A stretch of DNA of 51,017 bases, taken from the sequence record DRR723986_3136; one strand, given 5' to 3'. Position 1 is the first letter of the stretch, and every line of letters starts with the position of its first letter. The position numbers and the translations under genes are program-made. Below are positions 1 through 9,359 of the stretch, piece after piece. A model generated the notes under the pieces. That model did no database searches. It saw nothing but the letters and a program-made list of their open reading frames with translations, and had not been told where the DNA came from.

Positions 1-936
1 GGTGATGCGGTTGCCGGTCCAGTTGTGGAAGTATTCGTGGGCGACGATACTCTCGATAGCCTCGAAGTCCGCATCCGTCGCCGTCGCCTCATCGGCCAGC
101 ACATAGGCGGAGTTGAAGACGTTGAGGCCCTTGTTCTCCATGGCGCCGAAGTTGAAGTCGCGCACGGCCACGATGTTGAAAACGCCAAGGTCATAGGCGC
201 GGCCATAGGTCTGCTCGTCCCAGGTCATGGAACGCTTCAGGCTGTCCATCGCCCAGGCGGCGCGTTCGGCATCGCCCTTGTCGACGTGGATCGCGAGCGC
301 AATCTCGTCACCATTCATCGTGGTGAAGCTGTCGCGATAGACGTCATAATCCCCGGCGCAGAGTGCAAAGAGATAGGACGGCTTCTTGTGCGGGTCGTCC
401 CACACGGCGAAATGGCGGCCATCGTCCAGATCGCCGGTTTCGCCCGGCGTGCCGTTCGACAGGAGGATCGGATAGGTCGCCTTGTCCGCGGCCATCCAGA
501 CATGGAAGGCGCTCATGACGTCCGGCCGGTCCGGATAGAAAGTGATGCGGCGGAAGCCCGTTGCCTCGCACTGCGTGCAGAAGCGCCCGCCAGACATGTA
601 AAGGCCGGACAGTGCGGTATTCTTCGACGGGGCGATCTCGACTTTCGTGACCAGCGTGAAGGCATCCGGCACCGAGGCGATGGTCAGGCCTTTCTCGGTC
701 TGCTCATAGGCGCCTGCGTCCAGCGGCTCGCCGTCGATGGCGATCGACAGCAGCTTCAGCCCGTCCCCGTCGAGGATCAGCGCTTCCCCTGCTCCGCCGG
801 TCCGCCGGATCTTCAGTTCGGAGCGGACTTTCGTCGCATCCGGATCGAGATCGAAGCGCAAATCCACCTGCTCGACTTCGAACGGATAGGGCTTGTAGTC
901 GGAAAGTTGCACGGAAACGGGGGTTTCGGTTCGCAT
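1..936 (-). CDS. pepN: Aminopeptidase N (M1 family), 5' part; runs off the window start
   Basis: Manual minus-strand translation from ATG at 936 (MRTETPVSVQLSDYKPYPF...) contains DFNFGAMENK and the zinc motif VAHEYFHNWTGNRIT; absent from the ORF track because there is no stop in the window. Confidence 0.95.
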   Translation of the reverse strand, partial: MRTETPVSVQLSDYKPYPFEVEQVDLRFDLDPDATKVRSELKIRRTGGAGEALILDGDGLKLLSIAIDGEPLDAGAYEQTEKGLTIASVPDAFTLVTKVEIAPSKNTALSGLYMSGGRFCTQCEATGFRRITFYPDRPDVMSAFHVWMAADKATYPILLSNGTPGETGDLDDGRHFAVWDDPHKKPSYLFALCAGDYDVYRDSFTTMNGDEIALAIHVDKGDAERAAWAMDSLKRSMTWDEQTYGRAYDLGVFNIVAVRDFNFGAMENKGLNVFNSAYVLADEATATDADFEAIESIVAHEYFHNWTGNRIT

Positions 937-1066
937 GAGGGCTCCGGGGTCTTGGCAATCGCTTCAATGGACATAGGAAATGGCGGGAGGCGCGTCGAGG
1001 GCCGGAACGCTGCCAGCGGGCACGAGGCCTGCATTGAACTCCGGTTACACAGGGGAATGCATTCAT

Positions 1067-1423
1067 ATGGCCCAGCTTTTCCAGTCATCCGCCATGCGCC
1101 GGTTTGCGGGCATGACTGCAATCTGCCTCATGATCGCGATCGCTTTTCTGTCCGTGATGCCGCCCGGGGACCTTCCGCCGGTTGAAGGGTCCGACAAGCT
1201 GAAACATTTCATCGCCTATGGCAGCCTCGGGGGCGCCATGGCGATTGCCGCAGGCCCCGGCCGGGCCCTGCGGGCCTTCCTGATCACGATTGTCTATGGC
1301 GCCCTGATGGAACTCGCTCAGGCGCTGGCACCGACAGGCCGGGAATTTTCGATACTGGATGAAGTGGCCAATATACTTGGCGCAGGCCTCGGCACGGGGA
1401 TCGCGCTCGCCCTTCGGCGCTGA
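1067..1423 (+). CDS. VanZ-like small membrane protein
   Basis: Hydrophobic helices with DKLKHFIAY and ELAQ...PTGREFSILDEVAN motifs; ATG at 1067 after AGGGGA. Confidence 0.75.
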   Translation: MAQLFQSSAMRRFAGMTAICLMIAIAFLSVMPPGDLPPVEGSDKLKHFIAYGSLGGAMAIAAGPGRALRAFLITIVYGALMELAQALAPTGREFSILDEVANILGAGLGTGIALALRR

Positions 1424-1426
1424 CGC

Positions 1427-2002
1427 CTATTCCGCGGCGACCGTGTCAGGCGCGTCGTTCAGCTGGTAGACATAGCGCAGGATCGTCGCGCACTGTTTCG
1501 CGACAGGCAGCAGGTCTGCCGGAAAGTCCTCCGGATTCTCGGCGGCCACTTCCGCAATCTTGCGGGCAATGCGCAACAGGTCCGGCGTCTGCACGATCAT
1601 CCGGGCCTGGTGCTCCACACGGTGCGGGTCACGGTCGAAATCGACGGGATTGACCCGCCAGCCGCCGGTATCGCCCTCATCGGTCAGGACCACGGGAAAT
1701 GTGCCGAGATTGTCACCGGAATGCTGTCCCATCGCCGTCCGCCACTTCGTGGACCGGCGGCCGATGCGCCAATGCTCCAGCAGCAGGTCATCATCATGAC
1801 TGGCGGTCTCGCCGGCATGCATTGCCTGTTCCGAGACAAGCTCATGCGCCTGGAACTCCCGCCCCAGCCCGCACTCATAGGTGACTTTCAGCGGCTCACC
1901 GACATCCTTGACCCAATGCGGGATCACCTGTTCGACAAGCGCCCAGGTTCCGACCGGCTTCACGTAGACACGCTGCATCTTGTGAAAATGGGCTTTGGCC
2001 AT
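1427..2002 (-). CDS. Hypothetical protein
   Basis: 191-aa ORF with AGGAG RBS and coding-like composition; no recognised motif. Confidence 0.75.
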   Translation of the reverse strand: MAKAHFHKMQRVYVKPVGTWALVEQVIPHWVKDVGEPLKVTYECGLGREFQAHELVSEQAMHAGETASHDDDLLLEHWRIGRRSTKWRTAMGQHSGDNLGTFPVVLTDEGDTGGWRVNPVDFDRDPHRVEHQARMIVQTPDLLRIARKIAEVAAENPEDFPADLLPVAKQCATILRYVYQLNDAPDTVAAE

Positions 2003-2194
2003 GCAGATCTCCTGTAGCCGCCCACCGTGTCATGTCTTGATTTCCGCGCCATGAAGCCCGTCTGCGAAATTTTACATAAAACCTTGCGGCACCTTTCCGC
2101 CGGGTCACGGCTTTCCGTGCACGTAAAGCGCGTTATTTTCCAATCCGAAAACGTAATCACGCCCGTATAAAGGGCGAAGGGAGGCCATCTACTC

Positions 2195-3310
2195 ATGAAC
2201 TTCGACTTTTCCGAAGACCAGAAATTCCTCGCCGGTGAAGCGCGGAAATTCCTCGAAGCCGAGAGCGCCATTCCGGTGGTACGCGAGGTATTGAACGATG
2301 ACGACAAGGCCTATTCGGAAGGCCTCTGGAAGAAGATCGCGGAAATGGGCTGGCTGGGAACGGCCATTCCGGAAGAACAGGGCGGCCTCGGCCTCGGCAT
2401 GCTGGAAATGTGCGTGCTGGCTGAAGAAATGGGCCGCGTCCTGGCGCCGGTGCCCTTCTCGTCCACGGCCTATTACCTGACCGAAGCGATCAAGCTCGCC
2501 GGGTCGGATGAGGTGAAGAACGACATCCTGCCGCGCATCGTCGCCGGCGAAATCATCGGCTGCTATGCGGCCAGCGAAGGTCCTGGCCATCCGGATCCGG
2601 CCAGCCTGAAAACCACGTTCGACGGCTCCACCGTCTCCGGAACCAAGATCCCGGTCACCGATGGCGGCATCGCCACGCACGCTGTTGTGCTGGCCAAGGA
2701 AGGCTCCGGCGCGAGCCTCGTGCTGGTGGATCTCTCCGGCGCGGGCGTGACGCGCAAGGCGCTCTCTACGCTCGACCCGACGCGAGGCCATGCCGAGCTG
2801 ACCTTCGACAAGACACCGGGCATCCGCCTCGGCAAGGCTGGTGAAGGCGCAAGCCTGAACGACCAGCTGATGGACAAGGTCGCCGTGCTGCTCGCCTTCG
2901 AACAGCTGGGCGGGGCCTCCCGCGCGCTGGAAATGGCGAAGGCATATTCGCTGGAGCGCTACGCTTTCGGCCGTCCGATCGCCGGCAACCAGGCCATCAA
3001 GCACAAGCTGGCCGAAATGTACGTTAAAAACGAAGTGGCTCGCTCGAACTGCTTCTACGGCGCCTGGGCCCTGTCGACCGATGCCCCGGAAATGCCCGAA
3101 GCCGCCGCCGCCGCCCGCGTGGCCGCGTCGGAAGCTTTCTGGTATGCTTCGAAAGAGAACATCCAGACCCATGGCGGCATGGGCTTCACCTGGGAGGTGG
3201 ACTGCCACCTCTACTACCGCCGCGCCAAGCTGCTGGCCGTTCAGGCTGGCGGACCGAAGGTCTGGAAAGAGAAACTCGTGCGTGCCCTTGAGCAGAAAAA
3301 CGCCGCCTAA
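2195..3310 (+). CDS. Acyl-CoA dehydrogenase family protein (probable non-catalytic subunit of a heteromeric pair)
   Basis: R-x-x-FGRPI and QTHGGMGFTWE motifs; GGGAGG RBS. Confidence 0.9.
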   Translation: MNFDFSEDQKFLAGEARKFLEAESAIPVVREVLNDDDKAYSEGLWKKIAEMGWLGTAIPEEQGGLGLGMLEMCVLAEEMGRVLAPVPFSSTAYYLTEAIKLAGSDEVKNDILPRIVAGEIIGCYAASEGPGHPDPASLKTTFDGSTVSGTKIPVTDGGIATHAVVLAKEGSGASLVLVDLSGAGVTRKALSTLDPTRGHAELTFDKTPGIRLGKAGEGASLNDQLMDKVAVLLAFEQLGGASRALEMAKAYSLERYAFGRPIAGNQAIKHKLAEMYVKNEVARSNCFYGAWALSTDAPEMPEAAAAARVAASEAFWYASKENIQTHGGMGFTWEVDCHLYYRRAKLLAVQAGGPKVWKEKLVRALEQKNAA

Positions 3311-3322
3311 GGAGGAAACATC

Positions 3323-4522
3323 ATGGACTTCAACGATACACCCGAAGAAGCCGCTTTCCGCGCTGAAGCGCGCGCCTTCCTCGGAAAACACCTGAAACCC
3401 AAAGGCTCGGCCCCGGCCAGCCGCGACCGGGTGAATATGCTCGAAAAGGCGAAAGCCTGGCAGAAGACGAAAGCCGAGAACAAGTTCGCCCAGATCACCT
3501 GGCCCAAGGAATGGGGCGGCCGCGGCGGCACGGCGATGCAGAGCGTCATCTGGGGCCAGGAAGAGTCGAAATTCGACGCGCCGACCGGCCCGTTCGCCAT
3601 CGGCCTCGGCATGTGCGTGCCGACCGTTATCGCCTTCGGTTCCGACGAGCACAAGAAGCGCTACGTCCAGAAAGCCCTGATGGGCGAGGAAATCTGGTGC
3701 CAGCTCTTCTCCGAGCCGTCTGCCGGGTCGGATGTAGCCGGCCTGAAAACCCGCGCCGTGAAAGACGGCGACGAGTGGGTCATCAATGGCCAGAAGGTCT
3801 GGACCTCCGGCGCCCACTATTCGGACTTCGGTATCCTCCTTGTCCGGACGGACCCGAAAGTGCCGAAGCACAAGGGCCTGACCATGTTCATCGTGAACAT
3901 GAAGCAGCCAGGCGTCGAAGTGCGTCCGATCCACCAGGCTTCCGGCGGCCGTGAGTTCAACGAGGTCTACTTCACCGACGTCCGCATCCCGGACAAGGAC
4001 CGCCTCGGCGATGTCGGCGCAGGCTGGAAGGTCGCCCTCGTCACGCTGATGAACGAGCGCCTTGCTGTCGGCGGCTCCCCCGGTCCGGACTGGGGCGAGA
4101 TCATGGAATATGCTCGCAGCCAGGGTTCGCTGTCAGATCAGGCCTTCCGCGAAAAGCTGGCGGACTGGTATGTCGCGGCGCAAGGCTACAAGCTGACCAA
4201 GTTCCGCACGCAGACGGCCCTTTCCCGCGGCCAGACGCCGGGACCGGAAAACTCGATCGGCAAGATCATCACCGCGAACCATTTGCAGGATATCTGTAAC
4301 TCGGCCATCGAGATGCAGGATCATTACGGCATCATCAACGAGTCCGATCGCATGCCGGCCGATGCCATCTTCCAGCAAAGCTTCATGTGGGCCCCGGGCC
4401 TGCGGATTGCTGGAGGTACGGACGAGATCCTGAAGAACATCATCGCAGAGCGTGTTCTGGGCTTGCCGCAGGATGTCCGCGTCGACAAGGACAAGCCGTT
4501 CGACGAAATGAAAAGCGGCTGA
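3323..4522 (+). CDS. Acyl-CoA dehydrogenase family protein (probable catalytic subunit)
   Basis: WCQLFSEPSAGSD, INGQKVWTSGA, LMNER and RIAGGTDEI motifs; AAGGAGG RBS. Confidence 0.92.
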   Translation: MDFNDTPEEAAFRAEARAFLGKHLKPKGSAPASRDRVNMLEKAKAWQKTKAENKFAQITWPKEWGGRGGTAMQSVIWGQEESKFDAPTGPFAIGLGMCVPTVIAFGSDEHKKRYVQKALMGEEIWCQLFSEPSAGSDVAGLKTRAVKDGDEWVINGQKVWTSGAHYSDFGILLVRTDPKVPKHKGLTMFIVNMKQPGVEVRPIHQASGGREFNEVYFTDVRIPDKDRLGDVGAGWKVALVTLMNERLAVGGSPGPDWGEIMEYARSQGSLSDQAFREKLADWYVAAQGYKLTKFRTQTALSRGQTPGPENSIGKIITANHLQDICNSAIEMQDHYGIINESDRMPADAIFQQSFMWAPGLRIAGGTDEILKNIIAERVLGLPQDVRVDKDKPFDEMKSG

Positions 4523-4544
4523 TAAGCCTTTCATTGCAAACATC

Positions 4545-4578
4545 AAAACCCCGGCCGGTCTGACTGGCCGGGGTTTTA
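4545..4578 (+). terminator. Rho-independent terminator (possibly bidirectional)
   Basis: AAAACCCCGGCCGGTC-T-GACTGGCCGGGGTTTT hairpin just after the ACAD pair. Confidence 0.8.
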
Positions 4579-4635
4579 CGTATGGCGATCAGGAAAACTT
4601 ATGGCAGACTGCCCCAAATTCTGGAGGAGCCTGCC

Positions 4636-4830
4636 ATGTTCAAGACCAATGAAGGCACCATCGACCGCGTTCTGCGCGTCCTTGTCGGCCTCGCCCTGAT
4701 CGCCATCGTCTTTGTCGGCCCGCAAACCCCGTGGGGCTGGGTTGGCCTCGTACCGCTGCTGACGGGCCTCGTCGGCACCTGCCCGCTCTATACGGTGCTC
4801 GGCATCCGCACCTGCAAGCTGAAGAACTAG
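4636..4830 (+). CDS. DUF2892/YgaP-like small membrane protein
   Basis: MFKTNEGTIDRVLR...LTGLVGTCPLY..LGIRTC signature; GGAGGAG RBS. Confidence 0.88.
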   Translation: MFKTNEGTIDRVLRVLVGLALIAIVFVGPQTPWGWVGLVPLLTGLVGTCPLYTVLGIRTCKLKN

Positions 4831-5429
4831 GCTTCAGGCCCTTCTTCAGGTTCCGGCGTGACAGCCCTTTCGGAAACGAAACCGGCAACCTGGCCAACGC
4901 AAGCCCGGCCCGCTTCGGCCAGCGCCAGCGCCCGCGCCGCATTGGTCGACCCGTCCGCATTCGCCGACGAAGACACATTCGTCTGCGCGACCACCTTGCG
5001 CGTGTTCGCCTCCACAAGCGTCGCTTCCAGGTCGCAGCGGGCAAGCGTACCTGCCAGTGTGAAATCCTCGATCCGCCAGACGAGTTCATAGTCCGCCCGC
5101 GCACCTGTCTCCAGCGCGACGGCAACCCCTGCCCCCGCATCGTCCAGCGCGTCCAGCACGGCCACCTGCATCAGGCGCGTGGCATTGTCGGCCCATTCCA
5201 CGCCGCGCACGAGACGCAGCGCCCCGGCACCATCCTCGGACGCGATCACGCGTCCACCGAACAGACGGGAGGCTTCAGGTTCCCGCACGGCGACGACAGT
5301 CTCAACCGGATAGGTTTCGGTCATGGCGCCGAAACGATAGAGGCCTTCCGGCACTTCCGGTTCCGGTATGACGCTGACACAGGCAGGCAGGGCAACAAGG
5401 GCTGCAGCAAGGATAATGGAACGGATCAT
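4827..5429 (-). CDS. ABC-type transport auxiliary lipoprotein (PqiC-like)
   Basis: Lipobox LPAC, WAD motif, last gene of an MCE operon. Confidence 0.8.
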   Translation of the reverse strand: MIRSIILAAALVALPACVSVIPEPEVPEGLYRFGAMTETYPVETVVAVREPEASRLFGGRVIASEDGAGALRLVRGVEWADNATRLMQVAVLDALDDAGAGVAVALETGARADYELVWRIEDFTLAGTLARCDLEATLVEANTRKVVAQTNVSSSANADGSTNAARALALAEAGRACVGQVAGFVSERAVTPEPEEGPEA

Positions 5430-6388
5430 CAGCGTTTGTCCTCATAAGGAACCGGTTCCCCGACAAGCATGCTTTGCGGGTTCTGTTCGATTTCGCGGGT
5501 CAGCCGGTCCATACGGCTGATCAGGATACGGAGGTCCTGCGCGGCAAGGCGGGAATCTTCCACAACGCCAGTTGCCGGGCCTTCCAGCAATGTATTGACC
5601 ACACGCACAGTCTCCCCACCCTGAGCCATTACGGTTTCGGCGGAAGAGACCACCTTGCCCACCTCGGCCAGCAATTCGTCGAGCTGTCCGGAAAGGCCGG
5701 CCAGCTCCTGATTGGCATTCGTGCTGAATTCCGCAGCCGCCCCGGAGGCCGTTGAGAACTCGTTGCTGGCACGGGACAGGTCTTTCATCGTGCCGGTGGC
5801 CTGGTCGATCAGGCCATCATCGGCGGCGAGCTTGGTGGTGATGGTCTCGATATTCTTCAGCGAGGTAGTGATCGACTCGACATTCTCGTCCGTCAGCAGC
5901 TTCTTCACCCGTTCCATTGTGTCATTCGCCTGGCCGAGCACCTGCGCACCGCCGGCAACGATCTGGTCGAGCTGTGTTTTCTCGGCCCGGATCACCGGCA
6001 CGGGCTCGCCCGGCTTCGCTTCCAGCAGGCGCGCAGTCGGAGACCCCGCACTGATCTGGACAAAGGTCACGCCCGTAATGCCAGCCAGCTGGATCGAGGC
6101 GGTGGAATCCGTCTTCACCGGAGTCTCCCGGTCGATCCGGATGCGGGCACGGACTTTGGAGGGGTCAGCGCGGTCGATACGGACGGTCGAAACTTCGCCC
6201 ACCTTGATCCCGATATAGCGAACGGCCGATCCGTCCTCGAGGGATACCGGGCCTTCGAAGACAATGTCATACGCCTTGTAGTCCCGCTGGAACTGGGATT
6301 GGCCGAGCCACAGCACAAAAGCGGCAACGGCCAGCGTTGCAACAATGACGAAAGCGCCGATGACGGCATAATTCGCTCGCGTTTCCAT
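5429..6388 (-). CDS. mlaD: MlaD/MCE family protein
   Basis: METRANY..IGAFV anchor, MCE domain (GSAVRYIGIKVGEV, GITG) and helical C-terminus; start placed at ATG 6388. Confidence 0.88.
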   Translation of the reverse strand: METRANYAVIGAFVIVATLAVAAFVLWLGQSQFQRDYKAYDIVFEGPVSLEDGSAVRYIGIKVGEVSTVRIDRADPSKVRARIRIDRETPVKTDSTASIQLAGITGVTFVQISAGSPTARLLEAKPGEPVPVIRAEKTQLDQIVAGGAQVLGQANDTMERVKKLLTDENVESITTSLKNIETITTKLAADDGLIDQATGTMKDLSRASNEFSTASGAAAEFSTNANQELAGLSGQLDELLAEVGKVVSSAETVMAQGGETVRVVNTLLEGPATGVVEDSRLAAQDLRILISRMDRLTREIEQNPQSMLVGEPVPYEDKR

Positions 6389-6405
6389 CGGTCCGGGCCC
6401 CCTTT

Positions 6406-7170
6406 CTAGTGTCCCGTTGCCGCGCGTCCACGTGGGCCGCAGAAATATTCCTGCACCCACGGGTGATCGAACGCACGTAATTCTTCGATCGTGCCGACTG
6501 CCAGCACGTGTTTCTCTCCCAGCACGGCGATCCGGTCGCAGGTCGCATGCAGCGTATCCACATCATGCGTGACAAGGAAGACGGTGAGGCCCAATGCCTG
6601 TTGCAGGCTGCGGATCAGGGCATCGAATTTTTCCGCCGTAATCGGATCGAGGCCGGCAGTCGGCTCGTCCAGGAACAGAAGTTCCGGATCCAGCGCCAGG
6701 GCTCGGGCCAGCGCCGCACGCTTGCGCATGCCGCCGGAAAGGTCAGACGGGTATTTCGGGCTTGCCTCGGCGCTGAGGCCTGCCATGCGGATCTTCATGT
6801 CGGCCAGCTGGTGGCGCAGTTCCGGCTCCAGCAGCGTGTGTTCCTTCATCGGGACTTCGACATTCTCCCGCACGGTGAGGTTCGAGAACAGTGCACCATC
6901 CTGGAACATGACGCCCCAGCGCTGTTCGACCTCGGCGCGCTCGACTTCATCCAGCGTCTCAAGCCGTTCGCCGAACACTTCGATACTGCCGGCATCGAAT
7001 TCCTTGAGCCCTGTGATGGCGCGCAGCAGGACAGACTTGCCGCAGCCCGACGGGCCGATAATGCCGATGATCTCGCCCCGGCGGATGTCGAGGTCCAGAT
7101 GCTCGTGCACGACATGCGTGCCATAGGCTGTCTTCAGGTCGCGGATGCGGATGATGATATCGTCCGTCAT
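6406..7170 (-). CDS. mlaF: ABC transporter ATP-binding protein (MlaF/Mkl type)
   Basis: Walker A GPSGCGKS, LSGGMRKR signature, FLDEPTAGLDP, THD. Confidence 0.92.
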   Translation of the reverse strand: MTDDIIIRIRDLKTAYGTHVVHEHLDLDIRRGEIIGIIGPSGCGKSVLLRAITGLKEFDAGSIEVFGERLETLDEVERAEVEQRWGVMFQDGALFSNLTVRENVEVPMKEHTLLEPELRHQLADMKIRMAGLSAEASPKYPSDLSGGMRKRAALARALALDPELLFLDEPTAGLDPITAEKFDALIRSLQQALGLTVFLVTHDVDTLHATCDRIAVLGEKHVLAVGTIEELRAFDHPWVQEYFCGPRGRAATGH

Positions 7171-8297
7171 ATGCCAAGCTCCATGTAGAGAATGGCAAAG
7201 ATTGCATCGAGGACGATGACGGCGAACAGTCCCTGCACCACCGAGGTCGTGGTCGAATTGCCGAGCGACTGCACACTGCCGCCAACATTCAGGCCCTGAC
7301 GGCAGGCAATCAGTGTCACGACAAATCCGAAGACCGGCGCCTTGGACAGGCCGACCCAGAAATGCTCCAGCGGCACGGCATTGCGCAGCCGGTCGAGGAA
7401 GACGCCGGGATTGATGTCCAGCGATGACCAGCCGACGACCACACCGCCCGCGATCCCGGCGAGCGTCGCCACGAAGGTCAGCGCAGGCGTCATCAGCAGC
7501 AGCGCGATGATGCGCGGCGCAACGAGGATGTCCATCGGCTTCAGGCCAAGCGTCTGCATGGCGTCGATTTCCTGGCGCATCTTCATCGTGCCGATCTGCG
7601 CGGTGAAGGACGAGTTCGTCCGCCCCGCCAGAACGATCCCGGTCAGCACCACGCCGAATTCACGCAGCATCGAATAACCGATCAGTTCGACCGTGTAGAT
7701 CTCGAGATCGAAATCGCGGAGCGTCGTTGCGCCGATATAGGCGACGACCATGCCGACGAAGAAAGACAGGAAGGCGATGATCGGCATCGCGTCGAGGCCC
7801 GCCTCCTCCATCACCGCGACGATGGACGTCCAGCGCAGCTTCCAGGGCTGCATCAGGAGACGAAGCGTCGTCACGATCGTTTCGCCGAGGAAGGCGAGCG
7901 TCTGGAAAATTTCCGACATGACGCCGACAAAGCCGCGGCCCGTCCGCTCCAGCAGGGCGACGAAGCCATGGTCCGGCGCCTTTGCCGGGGGCACGGGATC
8001 GGACACGGCATGGACCTGATCGATCAGGTGGCGGGCGACATCATTGGTACCGGTCAGGCCTGAGCCTTCCGGCGCAGCGCGCAGCGTGCGGTCGATCAGG
8101 AAGGCCCCGGCGGTGTCGATCCGGTTCAGTCCGGACACGTCCACAAGCACGGGATGATCATGCTTTAGTCCGGCCAGGTCATCGTCCAGCAGGTGAATGG
8201 TCATGACGGTCCAGTCCCCCGTCAGACGGAGGGTGGCACGTTCGCCGCTCTCTTCGAACGCGAAACCGGGGGCCGTTGTGACTGTCATCTCTGGCAA
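7167..8297 (-). CDS. mlaE: MlaE family permease with N-terminal STAS-like domain
   Basis: IDTAGA STAS-like segment, LREFG, AGRT.SSFTAQIGTMK..QEIDA, TTTSVVQ. Confidence 0.9.
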   Translation of the reverse strand: MPEMTVTTAPGFAFEESGERATLRLTGDWTVMTIHLLDDDLAGLKHDHPVLVDVSGLNRIDTAGAFLIDRTLRAAPEGSGLTGTNDVARHLIDQVHAVSDPVPPAKAPDHGFVALLERTGRGFVGVMSEIFQTLAFLGETIVTTLRLLMQPWKLRWTSIVAVMEEAGLDAMPIIAFLSFFVGMVVAYIGATTLRDFDLEIYTVELIGYSMLREFGVVLTGIVLAGRTNSSFTAQIGTMKMRQEIDAMQTLGLKPMDILVAPRIIALLLMTPALTFVATLAGIAGGVVVGWSSLDINPGVFLDRLRNAVPLEHFWVGLSKAPVFGFVVTLIACRQGLNVGGSVQSLGNSTTTSVVQGLFAVIVLDAIFAILYMELGI

Positions 8298-8375
8298 CTA
8301 GCCTTCCAACACTAGCAAAACATGCTTAAGGACAGCGAAGCATGATCGGTGAAATTTTATCGTTCAGGATCGGAC

Positions 8376-9359
8376 ATGGGCAATCGAAACATTGAAATTT
8401 CAGCGATTTCCTCGCCCCTGAAGTCGGCATTTACCATTTCGCGCGGCGCCAAGACCAGCGCGGAGACAATTCGCGTTACCCTCACCGAAAACGGCGCCAC
8501 CGGCCATGGCGAAAGCGTGCCCTATGCCCGCTATGGCGAAACCACCGCCAGCGTCACCGCCGCCATCGAAAACGCCCGCACTGAAATCGAATCCGGTCTC
8601 AGCCGCGAAGACCTGCAATCCCTCATGCCCCCCGGCGCGGCCCGTTGCGCCGTGGATTGCGCGATGTGGGACCTTGAAGCGAAACTTAGCGGCACGCCTG
8701 TCTGGAAGCTCGCCGGACTGCCGGAACCGAAGCCTGTCGAGACTGCCGTCACCGTCAGCCTCGACACACCGGACGCCATGGCCGCCGCCGCAGAGTCGAC
8801 ACAAGGCCGTCTGCTCAAGCTGAAACTCGGCGGGCCGGGCGACCTTGGCCGGATCGAGGCCGTCCACGCGGCGCGTCCGGACGCGCGCCTGATCGTCGAT
8901 GCGAATGAAGGCCTCAATCCGAACGAGCTGCCTGCGATCTCGAAAGCCGCCGCTGCGCTCGGCGTCGTGCTGATCGAACAACCCTTCCCTGCCGGCGCGG
9001 ACGACGCGCTGATGGGCCGTCCCGGCCCGGTCGCGATCTGCGCCGATGAAAGCGCCCACACACGGGCCGAGCTGCAGGATCTCGCCCGCCGCTACGACGC
9101 GGTCAACGTGAAGCTCGACAAGACAGGTGGCCTGACCGAAGCGCTCGCTACAGTGCGGGAGGCTCGCGCGCTCGGCCTTGGCGTCATGGTCGGCTGCATG
9201 GTGGCCGGATCCATCTCCATGGCCCCGGCCGTGCTGCTGGCCGGCCTTGCTGACCTGATGGATGTCGATGGCCCGCTCTGGCTCGCTGAGGACGTGGCAC
9301 ACGGCCTGAAATATTCGGACGGCATGGTGGCCCCGCCAACGCCGAACCTTTGGGGCTAG
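8376..9359 (+). CDS. dgcA: Enolase-superfamily dipeptide epimerase / N-acetyl-D-Glu racemase (DgcA/AEE type)
   Basis: FTISRGAK, KLK, DANE, EQP, DES, KLDKTGG, GCM and DVDG motifs. Confidence 0.8.
   Translation: MGNRNIEISAISSPLKSAFTISRGAKTSAETIRVTLTENGATGHGESVPYARYGETTASVTAAIENARTEIESGLSREDLQSLMPPGAARCAVDCAMWDLEAKLSGTPVWKLAGLPEPKPVETAVTVSLDTPDAMAAAAESTQGRLLKLKLGGPGDLGRIEAVHAARPDARLIVDANEGLNPNELPAISKAAAALGVVLIEQPFPAGADDALMGRPGPVAICADESAHTRAELQDLARRYDAVNVKLDKTGGLTEALATVREARALGLGVMVGCMVAGSISMAPAVLLAGLADLMDVDGPLWLAEDVAHGLKYSDGMVAPPTPNLWG

Noticed and set aside
25-1185. 386-aa plus-strand ORF
   Set aside because: Antisense shadow of pepN, which has GAMEN and HEXXH motifs on the minus strand
1067-1423. 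VanZ as a glycopeptide resistance gene
   Set aside because: Widespread family; no van cluster nearby
2189-3934. 581-aa minus-strand ORF, and similar long ORFs at 11174-12448, 14278-15465, 17790-19043 and 20899-22167
   Set aside because: Antisense or off-frame shadows of well-supported genes, expected in high-GC DNA; no motifs
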